Assembly (NCBI GenBank): GCA_937625935.1
Contig: OW569352.1
Coordinates: 372,001 to 436,000 of the forward strand
Source: Tetramitus jugosus
Taxonomy: Eukaryota > Protista > Heterolobosea
Direction of reading: 5' to 3'
DNA: 64,000 nucleotides
Shown piece after piece: positions 41,303-55,281 of this stretch; within the stretch, counting starts at the first letter, position 1, and every line of letters starts with the position of its first letter. The notes under the pieces were generated by a model, which saw only the letters and a program-made list of their open reading frames with translations, made no database searches and was not told the DNA's origin. The translations under genes were made by a program, and so were the position numbers.

Positions 41303-44300
41303 ATGATGCATTCGTGTTTCAAGTCGTTTTATCCTCCAACTGGAGTGTCAACCGCAATCGAAGCACGTTTCACTTCAATCAAAGACACAAACTTGATCGT
41401 CACAAGAGCCAACTATTTGGATATTTACACTCTTCATCAACAACAGCAGGTAAGTGTGTTTTTGTTGTTATCTCTCTCTCTTGATATTTATTGTCCAACC
41501 ACAATCCAATTCACCTGTTGAATTATAGAATGATAAACCACACTTGACACTTGTTCGATCGTTTGAACTGTTTGGCAATATCATTTGTGTGAAAGCTGTG
41601 ACGTTTGCAGGTGATGAAAGAGATTCATTGCTATTGAGTTTTGAAGAAGAAGCAAAGGTATGTTACACTAGAAGAAGAGCAATGATATTTTTTTATCTTT
41701 TGTTTGCTTTGATTTTGATTGTCATCATTTCATATCACCAACTTGCACGTGGATGATTTTTGAAACTTTGTTGAGTGTTCAGTTAGTTGACTTTTTCATG
41801 TATTTGTGTTGCGTGTGTTGTGGTGATGATAGGTGTCTGTTGTGAGTTGGGATCAAGAAAAATGTGATTTGAAAACAGCTTCATTGCACTATTTTGAAGA
41901 CAATTATTTGAAAGAGGGCAGAACCAATTTTACGTTCCCATTGGAGATCAAGTTGGATCCTCATCGACGTTGTGCCACATTGGTCATTTATGATACAAAG
42001 TTGGTCATTCTACCATTTCGTCAACAGGGAAGTATCTTGGATGATGCATCGTTTGGAAAATCAAATGGTAGTCATTTGAGTGAATTTGAGTCACTGTTTC
42101 ACTCTTCCTCATCAAGTGTATCCTCTGGTTCACATTTGAAGATGGACGGAAGAAAAGAATTGCCTGTCAAGAGACAAATTATTGTTGATTTGAAAGAGTT
42201 GGGCATTCGAAACGTCAAGGATTTTTGTTTTTTGCATGGATATACGGAGCCAACCATCTTGTTTTTATATGAACTGGAACCGACTTGGAGTGGGTGAGTA
42301 CCTTTGTTTTTTTCATGTTGTTCTTGTTGATAGTGATAATGATGATGAATAGAGTTCTGACATATTGTTCATTTCTTTTTGTATTACAGTCGTTTGTCCG
42401 TCAAGAGAAACACGTGCGCTGTTGCTGCCATTTCACTCGATCTCTCCAGGGAATCATATCCCGAAGTTTGGCGTGTTACGCATCTCCCTCACGATTGCTA
42501 TAAGCTCATACCGATTAAAGAGTCTGTAGGAGGTGGTGCAATTGTTATTGCGCACAATTCTTTGTTGCATGTGAATCATAAGGCGCACTATGGACTGTCT
42601 CTTAACGATTTTGCAGAAGCTGATCCTGAATTGGCCATTGTGTTTGGTAAGTTGTTTTATTTCTTGAGAATAGTTGTACAACAAACGAATTTAGTAATAC
42701 TAACAATTTTCTTTTATTATCGTGCAGAAATGGCATCATTTTCACTGTTTATGGAATGTGGCGCATTCACCTTCTTAACTGATTCACATATTATGCTCAG
42801 CTTACAGAATGGAGATTTGTATGTTCTGCAATTATTCAATGCTGGTGGATCGATTCGGAAACTTATTTTGTCGCGATCAAAAACAAGTGTTCCAGCTTCC
42901 TGCATGTGTACACTGAACGATAACTTATTCTATATGGGATCGAAGCTGGGTAATTCGTTGCTAATTCAATTCGTAGAAGAAAACAAAAAATTGTTGGATT
43001 CTGAGTTTGAACCGAGCCGAAAAAAGAGAAAGGGAGAGAATGGAGATGTCGTAAAAGCAGAATCGACTATTCAAACTGATGACGATTTTCTAAGTGCGCT
43101 TGACGACATTAGTCATACACCTCAAAATTCTACAGAACAATTTTTAGTTAGTACTGAGAGTATGGAAGACAGAGTTTCATACAATCTTATAGTGACGGAT
43201 CTGTTCACGAATATTGGGCCTATCAGCTCTATGGATGTAGTAGATACTACAGTCAAGTTATCTGCCTATACCAGTAGAAAAAATGCTGTCAACAACAATT
43301 TAGAGGTTGTTCTGTGCTCAGGATATAGTAAGAATGGATGCATTTGTATTTTGCAGCGAAACTTGAAACCAAGGGTCAATCTCGAAACAACGTTAGATTT
43401 TGACTGTAAGCAGATGTGGACCGTCAAGCACAACACAGGAGGTCCTGATGCTGAATTTGACTCATACCTCATATTTAGTGCCAATGATGGTACAAAGATT
43501 CTTCAATCTCGAGAAGCACTATCCGAGATTACCAAATCAGAAGAAGTCCAATTCATCACGACTGAGAATACACTAAAGGCTGGAAACATGCTTCGCCATA
43601 CAAGAGTTGTACAAATTTGCCTTAAAACTGTCCGCTACTTGAACGGAACAACAAAAATTCATGACATTACATTCGAGAAGGAAATTAGATCAGCAACAAT
43701 CAAAGATAGATATGTGTTACTGCATTTCAAGGACGGAACAGTGAGCATTTTCAGGGCAACACCTCAGAAGCTTGACCTAGTCAAAAGTATTGCGATGAAC
43801 AAGAAGAATGCAAAGTTTGGAAAAATAACAGCTGCCACTCTCTACATCAATGAGTCAGTCAACAACAAAAATATGTTTGAAATGACTGAGTCAGATGCAC
43901 CAACTGAAATCTTCTGCCCTGTGGCTTGGAGTAGTGGTGTTTTTGAAATTTATACGGTACCCGAATGTGAACCAGTGTTCACGTTTTTACAATTTGGAGA
44001 TTTCTATCGCACAGTGTTTGATCAATCATCATCCGAAATTAAGGATTTCAAAGAATCTGACACTCATGTTAGATATCCTTATGTCACAGAAATGATGTTT
44101 AGAAGCGTTGGAAACAAGCATGACCCTCCTCATTTGATTGTGTCTTTGAGTGATGGATCCATCTTTGCATATCGAACATTCTATCACAAACCGAGAAATG
44201 CAGATCCTGCTAGACTATCGAATCTGAGATTTACCAAAGTTCGTAACGATGAGCTCATTCAGAGAAGAGATCACTCTAATCAAGAGGTTGATGAGTATGA

Positions 44301-45942
44301 AAAACTTGACGTATCAAATACCGACAATATCTTTGGTCACAAGGGAATAAGAATACCTCGATTTGTTTCTTTCGACAACATCAATAATCTCGGAGGAATA
44401 TTTGCTTGTGGCGAGAAACCTTTGTGGTTCCTATCAGAGCGCGGCGATTTGAGAATTCATCCAATGCAACATGAGTTATGCTCTGTCGACAGTTTTACTT
44501 CGTTCCATAACAAGGGGTGCAGAAACGGATTTATTTATTACCTAAAGCGTGGTAGTGTTTGTAAAATGGCCCAGCTCAACCAAGATCCATCTATGAAGTA
44601 TACAACTCACTGGCCTACTCGTAAGATTCCTCTTCTCAGTACACCTCATCATGTGGCATATCACCAAGAAGCACAAACTTGTGTTGTGGCAACCTCCACC
44701 TATGTACGAGCTCAAATGGTCGAAGACCAAGATGAAATTCCAGAGGAGGGCAGATATCCTCTCCCAATGGAGCGACAGTACATGCTACGATTATTCTCAG
44801 CTACCTCTTGGATTGAAATGGACAAATACGATTTGGAACCACATGAGCAGGTTTTGAGTGTTAAACAAGTGTTTTTGGCAAGAGAAGAGGTAAATAGTGA
44901 TGACGAAGACGAAGGAATTGGTGTGGATGATGAACCACCTATCGATGTGAGAGATAAGGACATGATCCCATTCATTGCCGTCGGAACTGGATATACAGAA
45001 GGAGAAGAAAGTTTGTGCAGAGGTAGGATTATAATTTTCGATATGGAACCAAGGCTTGATGGAGGAGCAAACCAATATGCGCTCAAGGTCATTGCTTCTA
45101 AGGAATTGAAGGGTCCCGTGTCTCAAGTCACTCAACTCGAGGGCTATATTGCTGTGTGTATGGGACCAAAAATTTACGTGTACTATCTAGACTCGCGAGC
45201 AAAACAACTCATGGTCACATCATTCTACGATACTCAATTCTATATCACAAGTATGATTTCGATCAAGAGCTTCCTAACGTACTGTGATATCTATCGAGGA
45301 GCTCACTTCTTGAGATGGAAGGAGAAGGGCCACAGATTGTCCTTGATGGCACGTGATTTTAAAGAATGTCACACAGTCGCATCTGAATTTATTGTTAATG
45401 ATGACTCACTTGGTCTCATCGTTACAGATATGAACAAAAATATTCAGATATTCGCGTATGCCCCACTGAAAGACAAAAAGGCCTTGTTGCCTTGTGCTGA
45501 TTTCCATGTCGGTGCTTTAATTAACTCGATGGTAAGAATGAAGTCTCGTGACATTCAATACGATGACAATGCAAGAAGAAGAGGCGATTTCCGAACGGAT
45601 GTCCATAAACAATTCGTCATGTACAGTACTCTGGACGGTAGTTTGGGTTACATTGCACCCATAGCCGAAGATATGTATCGTCGATTGTATGCTCTAACGA
45701 CAAAGATGTATACTCAACTGGAACACTCCGCAGGCCTCCATCCTAAAGCATACAGATTATTCAAGCCAATGCATTCTGTTGAACACAATCATCAAAAGAA
45801 CGTGATTGATGGTCAGCTGTTGTGGCGGTTCACACACTTGGACACCAAGATGCAGAAGGCTCTGGCTGATCAGATCGGTACCACGGTGCATCAAATCCTT
45901 CGGAACATCAAGTACTTGCATCAAAGCACTCTCTTTTTCTAA
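41303..45942 (+). CDS. CPSF1: Cleavage and polyadenylation specificity factor 160 kDa subunit, 5 exons (introns 41450-41528, 41658-41832, 42294-42389, 42647-42727)
   Basis: PPTGV...NLIV, RDSLLLSFEEEAKVSVVSWD, LKTASLHYFE, FLHGYTEPTIL, AGLHPKAYR; canonical splice sites restore the frame. Confidence 0.95.
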
Positions 45943-46203
45943 TACAGTACATACACTGCGAACATTCATGAAGTATCCGTAATTGGTGAGCGACACAATT
46001 CGCGTCTCAACTGACTTTTACGATTTTTCCGCCTAATCCAAACCGATATACATCTTTCATCATTGTTTCGCGCAAAAGTGTGTACGTATCTGAGAGAGAT
46101 TACTTGTGTTGTTCCACAGTGGTAGACTTCTGACGAACAAGAACCCTAGCCTCAATTTTATACTTTATTTATTCTTCATATCTTCTTCTACAAGAAAAAC
46201 ATT

Positions 46204-47655
46204 ATGTTGGACGATGAAGAAGACGATGGTTCTCACCAACCTGCAGACGATGTGGAGCATGATTTGGAACCCATGCAGTTCTTGTCCTATGTGCCATTAC
46301 AGAAGGCCGGAGAAGGTACTTTTTCGAGAGTACTCAGAGCTCAACACCTACACACTGGCCGTTATGTGGCCATCAAGTGTATGAAGGCTCCCTTTCCAAG
46401 CTTAGAGAAAGTGAATAGGTTGAGAGAGATTCAAGCATTGAAAAAGTTATCGCCTCATCCCAACATTGTAAAATTACTAGAAGTTCTGTATGATCAAGAA
46501 AATGGCAAGCTCGCACTAGTCATGGAATTAATGGAAAGGAACATATATGAATGGATTAGGGGAAGAAAGAGCTATATTAGTGAACAAAGGATTAAATCGT
46601 GGATGTGGATGATGCTCAAGGGAATCGACCACATGCATCGGAATGGAATATTTCATCGAGTAAGTCTCATTTTGCATGTCTCATTGATCCTCTGAAATCT
46701 AATAGAAAACTAACATTCTCTACTCACTTTACTGAAAATTCAGGACATTAAACCAGAAAATGTACTTCTATCAGGAGAAGTGTTAAAACTGGCAGATTTC
46801 GGTTCCTGTCGTTCGATTCACAGTAAACAACCGCTCACCGAGTATATATCTACCCGTTGGTATCGAGCTCCAGAATGTCTATTGACAGACGGTTATTACG
46901 GATATGAGATGGATATATGGGGAGTAGGTTGTGTATTTTATGAAATTGTAACATTGATGCCACTATTCCCAGGAAAGAACGAAATTGATCAAATTCACAA
47001 AATTCATGAAGTACTTGGAACACCGAGTTCAGATATGCTGTCAAGGTTTCAGAAACACGCCTCATCAGCAATGGACTTTAATTTTCAGAAAACCAGGGGT
47101 GTTGGTCTTGAAAAGAAAATTGATCGTACAGTAAGCAAAGACTGTTTAGACTTAATGAAGAGAATGCTCATGTACAATCCTGAGGACCGAATAACATCAA
47201 AACAAGCTCTAAAACATCCTTACTTTAAAGATCAGAGAGAAGCAGAACGCAAACTAAGACAAAAGAGATCATCTGTCGTGAAAATGATAGAATCTCAGAA
47301 CCCAAACTCTAGTCTGTCTCACTCAAGTATACGTATCCAGGGGAGTGCTTCTTCTGAAAGCAGTGCCAGCTCAACACATCGAAACGGAAAACTATTACCC
47401 ACCGTTGGAAAGAAAATGCAAAACTCTGATCAGTCACACTCTAGAAACGACACTAATACTCTCAACTCACTGAATGGTAACTCCACTAATGACAGCCATG
47501 GTCAGAACTTGCATCCAGCAGTTCAAGTGTTAGACCAAGGAGACGTCAGCCTACCTGCTCTGGGGCAGTTCCATCAAGCTCATTCCCAAATGACTCACCA
47601 TGCCAACAAAACGCGCAAGTATCCCTACTTTGCCAAACGAACACTCGTCAAATAA
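46204..47655 (+). CDS. MOK: MOK-like RCK/MAPK-related kinase, intron 46660-46743
   Basis: GEGTFS, HR|DIKPEN, DFGSCRS, TEYISTRWYRAPECLLTDGYY. Confidence 0.92.
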
Positions 47656-47894
47656 AACCATTGTATTCATTTTTCATTATTCCGTCCCGCCAAAAACAAG
47701 AACTCTCAAAAGAAACAAAAAAACATCAAATCCACTCCCACACGAGAAGAGAGTTTTTTTGTACATTTTTTTTCTGAGTGAAGTGTGATCTGTTATCATC
47801 GTCATTCACAAAACTTCAACTCCACTATCATCTCCTACCATCTCTCTGTCTATACATTTATCATTTATTCAATCAAAAAAACAACCAAAAAAAA

Positions 47895-48605
47895 ATGACT
47901 ACTCAACAGCAATCAACTTCCACCACCACCAACAACAACAATAACAATAACAACAACAACTCTCCTCCATCCATCCTAGAATCCATTCATCAACTCTATG
48001 TCGACAATAAGCTCATTGGTCAATCCATTACTCTCATCAACACATTCCAAGAGACAATCGAAGGTCAAGTATACGCCTATGATCCACTGGAGAACACATT
48101 GATACTGTACGAGAGTGGTGATCAACACGAGAGCAGCAAGAGAAAAACCTTTCGAATTCTCCACACAAAGCAATGTAAATTCTTGTCTATTAATAGAAGT
48201 GGTGGTATTGGTGGCAGTGGTCGAGCCCTGAGCTCCACTCCATTTGCAACCAGTGAGCAATTGCCTGGTGTGAATCTGGAAAAGTTGCGTGAGAGAGAAT
48301 CAGTGGCCCTTGCAGAGAGAAAACAAAAATTGGGTTATGGTGTCACAAAGGAAGCACAAAACATTTTTGATGCATTGTCAAAAACGTTGCCATGTCGATG
48401 GAAGAAGAATGAGATTATTGTGATGGATTCTGTGATTGTGTCACCTCCGTATACCAATGCATCTGGTGGTGACAAGTTTAGCCGTGATCGAGTACAAAAG
48501 GTGCTCACGGGAGAGTTGATCAAGATGGCCAGAGAAGAACAACAACAACAAACGCTATTGTCTCAACACAATAATAGCAGCAACCATAACACGATAAAGA
48601 AGTAG
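47895..48605 (+). CDS. LSM12: LSM12 homolog (Sm fold + AD domain)
   Basis: IEGQVYAYD; GVTKEAQNIFDALSKTLPCRW...IIVMDSVIVSPPY. Confidence 0.9.
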   Translation: MTTQQQSTSTTTNNNNNNNNNNSPPSILESIHQLYVDNKLIGQSITLINTFQETIEGQVYAYDPLENTLILYESGDQHESSKRKTFRILHTKQCKFLSINRSGGIGGSGRALSSTPFATSEQLPGVNLEKLRERESVALAERKQKLGYGVTKEAQNIFDALSKTLPCRWKKNEIIVMDSVIVSPPYTNASGGDKFSRDRVQKVLTGELIKMAREEQQQQTLLSQHNNSSNHNTIKK

Positions 48606-48668
48606 ATGATTTATTTTTTTTTGTGTGTGTCTCTTTTGAAAGTAAGCTTGTTAAAATATGGTTGTGAT

Positions 48669-50057
<1,389 letters not shown>

Positions 50058-50493
50058 TTATTGAAGGTAAACTTGATCGGAGGTTTGTTCACTCTCCGAT
50101 GGTAGGATAAAATGCGATGGAAGCACAACACTCTCTGTGAGGCTTATGTGCATGCCAAAGTGGTGATCACATGAATCAAAACTGGAATATTGGAAGCAAG
50201 GAGGTACAACGGAGAAACAAAGGGATCAATAAGGTAATCAAAGGAAACGAAAGATCGATTCAAGTAACGCAATGCTGAATATGTCAGACATTTCTTTATT
50301 GATGCCCAAAACGGCCATTTTCTAATTGTCTGAGTTTTTGTTCACTTTATGTAGCTCGGAGATTTGTGTTGTAATTATTTTGCTGAACGTTCAACGAACT
50401 CTGTCAACCGAGTAAATATCGAAAAAACACAAAAGTTTTTCTTTCACAAAACAAACCAAAAACAACATCCATCTACGCCATAATATCCACACA

Positions 50494-50649
50494 ATGGGTT
50501 CCAACAAGACCTTGACCAGAAAGTTGCACTATGCAAAGAAGCAAAACCAAAACAGACCTGTCCCATACTGGGTTAGATTCCAAACTGGAAACACCGTCAA
50601 GTATAACTCCAAGAGAAGACATTGGAGAAGAACCAAGCTCAAGTTCTAA
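50494..50649 (+). CDS. RPL39: 60S ribosomal protein L39 (eL39), too short for the ORF track
   Basis: [51 protein letters not shown]. Confidence 0.97.
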   Translation: MGSNKTLTRKLHYAKKQNQNRPVPYWVRFQTGNTVKYNSKRRHWRRTKLKF

Positions 50650-50800
50650 ATGAATTCTGACTGTGATAAATCAGATGTTTTTTGATAAACCATTTCATAA
50701 ATCAATTTTTTGTCTTTTTTTCTTGAATGTGAGCGAAATTTTAGATGGTTCGAGTTGAACAACCAATTGGCAGCATTGGGTGAAATGCAAGATTTATTGC

Positions 50801-52396
50801 TCATAGACATCCATCAAGATTCACATATTGAAGATAACCTCTGTTCTGTTCTCCTTCGCTGTATTCATAGTACAGTACGACATGACCATCTTTCATTCCT
50901 TTGCAAATCAGAGTATCAAACAGATTTTCTTCAGAGCGTATCACTGGGTCTACATCAACATATCTCCATTGGTGAGACTGCACATTGTAAGCAAATAGCA
51001 ATGTACTGCTCTCAAAGTCTCCAAAAGCGAGCAAATGCCCGCTCATAGGTTGTATTCTTGCTCGCTCCATCAAGGGAAAGAATCCGTCAACTTCTACTTT
51101 GGACCATTCTGAACTCGCGAAATGATACTTCTGGAAAATACTTGGTTTCTCTTCGTTGCTGCTCGGTATAATGATGTACAGATTGCCATCATGTGTCGTC
51201 AATGCGTCTGGAACTGGCATTTCAATATTTTGATTCAACAAGGTCCATGACAGAGTAGGATAGTGCAGATTCCACAGATCACACAATGTTCCACTCTCAT
51301 CCGAAGCAGCCAACAAGACAAAGTTCTCTCCGTCACCCCTAGCAACAATATCACTTGTTGCAAACTTTGGATAAGCTTGCTTGTCGGTGTCGAACTGCAG
51401 CTTGGTTAATTTGCCTTGCTTTGTGTACTTGTAAAGCGATTGATCATGCATGATGAGTAGTTCTTGATCATTGACGAGTGCAACGCACGATCCATCACCC
51501 ATACTGTGAAATTCTTCATCGCTCACACCATCATTATTACCATTTTCATCACTTCCCGCTCGATCAACCTTTAGCTCACTCACCACCAGTGCTTTTGCTT
51601 GTTCGTCATTCAATAAATCGGATATTGTGTGAAAGACGGGAACAATAATGTCCTTGTTCAAGTGTGGGCTGGCATAAACTGTCAACGAGAGTGATTGCTC
51701 ATCGTCGCTACTAGGGTTCTCACATTGGAGAAACATGTCTCTGATTCGATCAGTCATCGAGTGATCCAAATGTGATAGAGCTTTGACAGATTTTGGAATA
51801 ATCATGCGACTGCTATTGGTGGTGTTTGCTGAGCCATGATGATCACTGGATGACGATGAAGAAGAGGAGAGCTTTACACTTCTCACATATTTCAAAACAG
51901 TGGGAATCACTGTTTGACTCGCATATTGCCTTATGGCCAAATTCACCTCCTTTTCATGTCTTTCCATAAATAACGAGTCATATTTTAAAGTGTTCGTTGT
52001 AGATGGTTCGTTGGCGCCAACATGTTTCTTTTGCGACAACAAATAATCTTTTAGCTTTTGAGTCACGACATGAACAAACTTGAAAACATGCGTCAATTCT
52101 TCCTCTAGTTCCTCATCCTCGTCGCACTCATTGTCTAAATGATAATCAAACATGCGATCGAGGTCACTTTCCCATGAATGATAGGCAAACTCTTCTGCAA
52201 TGACATCTTCATCCTTGTGAATCATTTGAAAAATGGTTTGGAACATGTGAATGGATTTTAGTTCGTTTAGTGATGATAAAACATCTTTTACAATGTTTTC
52301 GTCAATTGTTTTTTGTTTTTTGGCAAAGAGTTCATTGGAAAAATCAAAGAGTGGTTGTTGTTCGTCATTTGTTGTTGGTGAAGCACTCCTCTTCAT
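50801..52396 (-). CDS. Uncharacterised protein with C-terminal Kelch-like propeller repeats
   Basis: Y....W blade ends (KYHFASSEW, AYNVQSHQW, LHYPTLSW); NLS-like N-terminus. Confidence 0.6.
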   Translation of the reverse strand: MKRSASPTTNDEQQPLFDFSNELFAKKQKTIDENIVKDVLSSLNELKSIHMFQTIFQMIHKDEDVIAEEFAYHSWESDLDRMFDYHLDNECDEDEELEEELTHVFKFVHVVTQKLKDYLLSQKKHVGANEPSTTNTLKYDSLFMERHEKEVNLAIRQYASQTVIPTVLKYVRSVKLSSSSSSSSDHHGSANTTNSSRMIIPKSVKALSHLDHSMTDRIRDMFLQCENPSSDDEQSLSLTVYASPHLNKDIIVPVFHTISDLLNDEQAKALVVSELKVDRAGSDENGNNDGVSDEEFHSMGDGSCVALVNDQELLIMHDQSLYKYTKQGKLTKLQFDTDKQAYPKFATSDIVARGDGENFVLLAASDESGTLCDLWNLHYPTLSWTLLNQNIEMPVPDALTTHDGNLYIIIPSSNEEKPSIFQKYHFASSEWSKVEVDGFFPLMERARIQPMSGHLLAFGDFESSTLLFAYNVQSHQWRYVDVDPVIRSEENLFDTLICKGMKDGHVVLYYEYSEGEQNRGYLQYVNLDGCL

Positions 52397-52518
52397 TGTT
52401 GTTCTGGTGTGGCGTTGTTGGTGTTGGTGCTTGGTTGTTGTTTGTGAAAAATCGTGGTTTCACTTGAATAAAATTGGTGGCACGTGGAGCTTTATTATTC
52501 CTACGATCGACTTGGTCT

Positions 52519-54941
52519 TTAGCAACAGTGCAACTCCTTGGCAACAAAGGCAAATATTTCAGAGAATTCTTCAATTGTCTTTGAGAGTGGTTTGCCTGCA
52601 CCGTGTCCAGCCTTTGTTTCAATACGGATCATCAATGGTCTCTCGTTTGTTTCTCCAAGTTGGTGCTGCAATTCAGCAATGTACTTGAAGCTGTGGAGCG
52701 GCACAACACGATCGTCATGATCTGATGTAACAACGAGACATGATGGGTACTGTTTTCCTTGTCTGATATTGTGAAGTGGGGAGTACTTGATCAAGTATTC
52801 AAAGTCTGCCTCATTATCAGCGCAGCCGTAATCACTCACCCAGTGCTGTTTTGTAATACAATGAAAGGAATGATGAGTACACGACGATAAAAGAACTGCA
52901 CAATAATAAAAAGAAGAGTCCTACATACCTTTCCAATAGTAAACTTGTGATATCTGAGCATATCCAAGACACCAACCTGAGCAACAGCAGCACCAAAAAG
53001 ATCTGGTCTCTGATTTGTACAGGCAGCAACAAGTAAACCTCCATTGGATCCACCGTTGATCCAGATCTTTTCAGGGCGAGTAATCTTGGATTCTACGAGG
53101 TATTCTGCAGCAGCTATCATATCATCAAATCCGTTTTGCTTCTTGTCTTTGATACCAGCTTCGTGCCATGCTTCTCCAAACTCCGCACCTCCTCTCAAAT
53201 TGGCAACAGCATACACACCGTTAAAGTACTGCATGAAGAACACTCTCAATACTGAAAAGTATGGTTGCAAACTAATGGAGAATCCACCATAGCCGTAGAG
53301 CCAAGTTGGATTGTTTCCACTTGTAATGTCAATACCCTTTCTATGAACAACGAACATTGGAATCTTTGTTCCGTCCTTGGATGTATACCAGATTTGTTTC
53401 GTTTCGAATGCATCAGGTCTCATGATGAGATCAGATGTCTTAGTCTCATAAAATACAGTGCTAGCGTTGGAGGAGAAGTCGTAGGAAAAGACAGTACCTG
53501 GATAGGTGAATGAGTTGAAGTTATAGAACATAAATGAGTCTTCCCTTCTGGCAGAGATGCTGGAGATAGATCCAATGGCAGGTAGCTCAATATCACGTAG
53601 ATATTCGCCACGTAGATTGTACACTTGAATCACATTATGCACATTATGGGCATAGCACAAAACAAGGTAGTCTTGAGCAACGACAACGGATGATTCCAGT
53701 GGATCTTCCTTCTCAGCAATCAACTCCTTTGGTTCTCTTTTCTCACTTTCAATATCAATTGTGATAATGCGTGATCTTTGGGCATTCAAGTTTGTCTGGA
53801 AATAAAACAGAGAGCCGTCATTTGCCAAATAACCATACTCTGCGTCAAAGTTATCAATTAACTTGTCAACTTTGATCAATCCAGTTTCCTGATCAAGAGT
53901 AAACAATGGTTCGTTGGCATTTGTATTCAATGTGGCAATGAACAATCGGTTCACAACAGCCGTAGACTCTGACACTGTAATCACCAAGTACTTTCCGTCA
54001 TGAGTAGTTGTGACACCAAACATCCAATTCGAATGCTCATCCGACTTGTAAATCAAAACATCTTCTTCTTGCGGCGTGTTCAATCTGTGATAGTACACAC
54101 TTTGATTCTCATTCACATCAGTCTCACTGCCCAATGATCCCGTATTGGTCTTTGGAGCAGGGAATCTCGTATAGAAGAATCCTTCACTTCTCTCATCGAA
54201 CGCAATGGAAGTGAACTTGCAATACTTGAGTACCTCGGGATACTTTTTCTTGTCCTTGACACTCATGATGTGAATGGATTGCCAATCAGATCCCTTGTCA
54301 CTGATTCCATATGCAAAATATTCACCATCCATTGAAAAGGCTCTTGATTGAAGTGCACTTGTTCCATCTTCAGAGAACTTGTTCGGATCGAGGAACACTT
54401 CATCTTCTTCTTGATGATCTGAGGACTTGGGAAGTAGGCCCTTTCCATTGTCAAACGGCTTCACATACATGACATACTGGTTCTGAAGTCCATTGTTCTT
54501 GTAATAGAAGACACGATCACCTCTCTTGAATGGACAACCCATCTTCTCATAATCCATCATCTTTGTCAACTCGTTTCTCATGTTCTCTGGATGAAACTTG
54601 TTGCTTTCACTTGCTGTTTCATCACCATGATGATTGGTGCTATTGTTATTGTCGAATGAAGAGTCAATGTACTGTTTAAAGACTTGATTTTCTTCAGAGA
54701 TCCATTGTTGAGTTTCTTCACTGGTTGGATCTTCGAGCCATCTGAAATGAGAAAAAACAGAGTGGTGTGGTGAGCGATGGTGTTGACGGGTTGTTGTTGT
54801 TGACGTGAATGAAAAAGCGTTTGATTTGTTGGCTTACCTGTAAGGATCAGCAATCGTGTGCTTGCTGTGGTATGTGTCTGTCACAGTTTCGTCTCTTCTG
54901 GGACGAGGATATTGGATAGGAGCAGGGGATGAGGCAACCAT
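52519..54941 (-). CDS. PREP: Prolyl oligopeptidase (S9A), 3 exons (introns 54742-54837, 52846-52928)
   Basis: YPRPRRD...DPYR|[29 protein letters not shown]. Confidence 0.96.
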
Positions 54942-55182
54942 GGTTTGTGTTTCTTTTTGTTTTGTTGTGCTGGAATTCTGATTCTCTTCTTTTTGTTTGG
55001 GTCGGAAACAGCTAAAAATAAACTGAAGCTCACATTTGATACGAAAAAATTGTTCGAGAACAAAATCGACAGCACCACAAGAAGAAATTGCCACCAAACA
55101 ACACGCTTCTATGGACTGCAATCCACGCTCCCGTAGCAAAAATTTACCGCGCGGACTTTTCGAAAATTATTATGTACAACGA

Positions 55183-55253
55183 TCTCCTATGGTCTAGTGG
55201 TATGATAGCGGACTTTGAATCCGTTGACGGTGGTTCGATTCCACCTAGGAGAA
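55183..55253 (+). tRNA. tRNA-Gln (UUG)
   Basis: TCTCCTA/TAGGAGA-A acceptor, anticodon arm GCGGA-CTTTGAA-TCCGT, T-arm GGTGG-TTCGATT-CCACC, downstream T5. Confidence 0.92.
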
Positions 55254-55281
55254 CATTTTTGCACCGAGACAAAAGTATTAT

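Noticed and set aside
50076-50175. Possible H/ACA snoRNA (ATCGGAG/CTCCGAT stem, ATAAAA, ACA)
   Set aside because: The second hairpin lacks a credible basal stem, and the boxes are too short to be informative.
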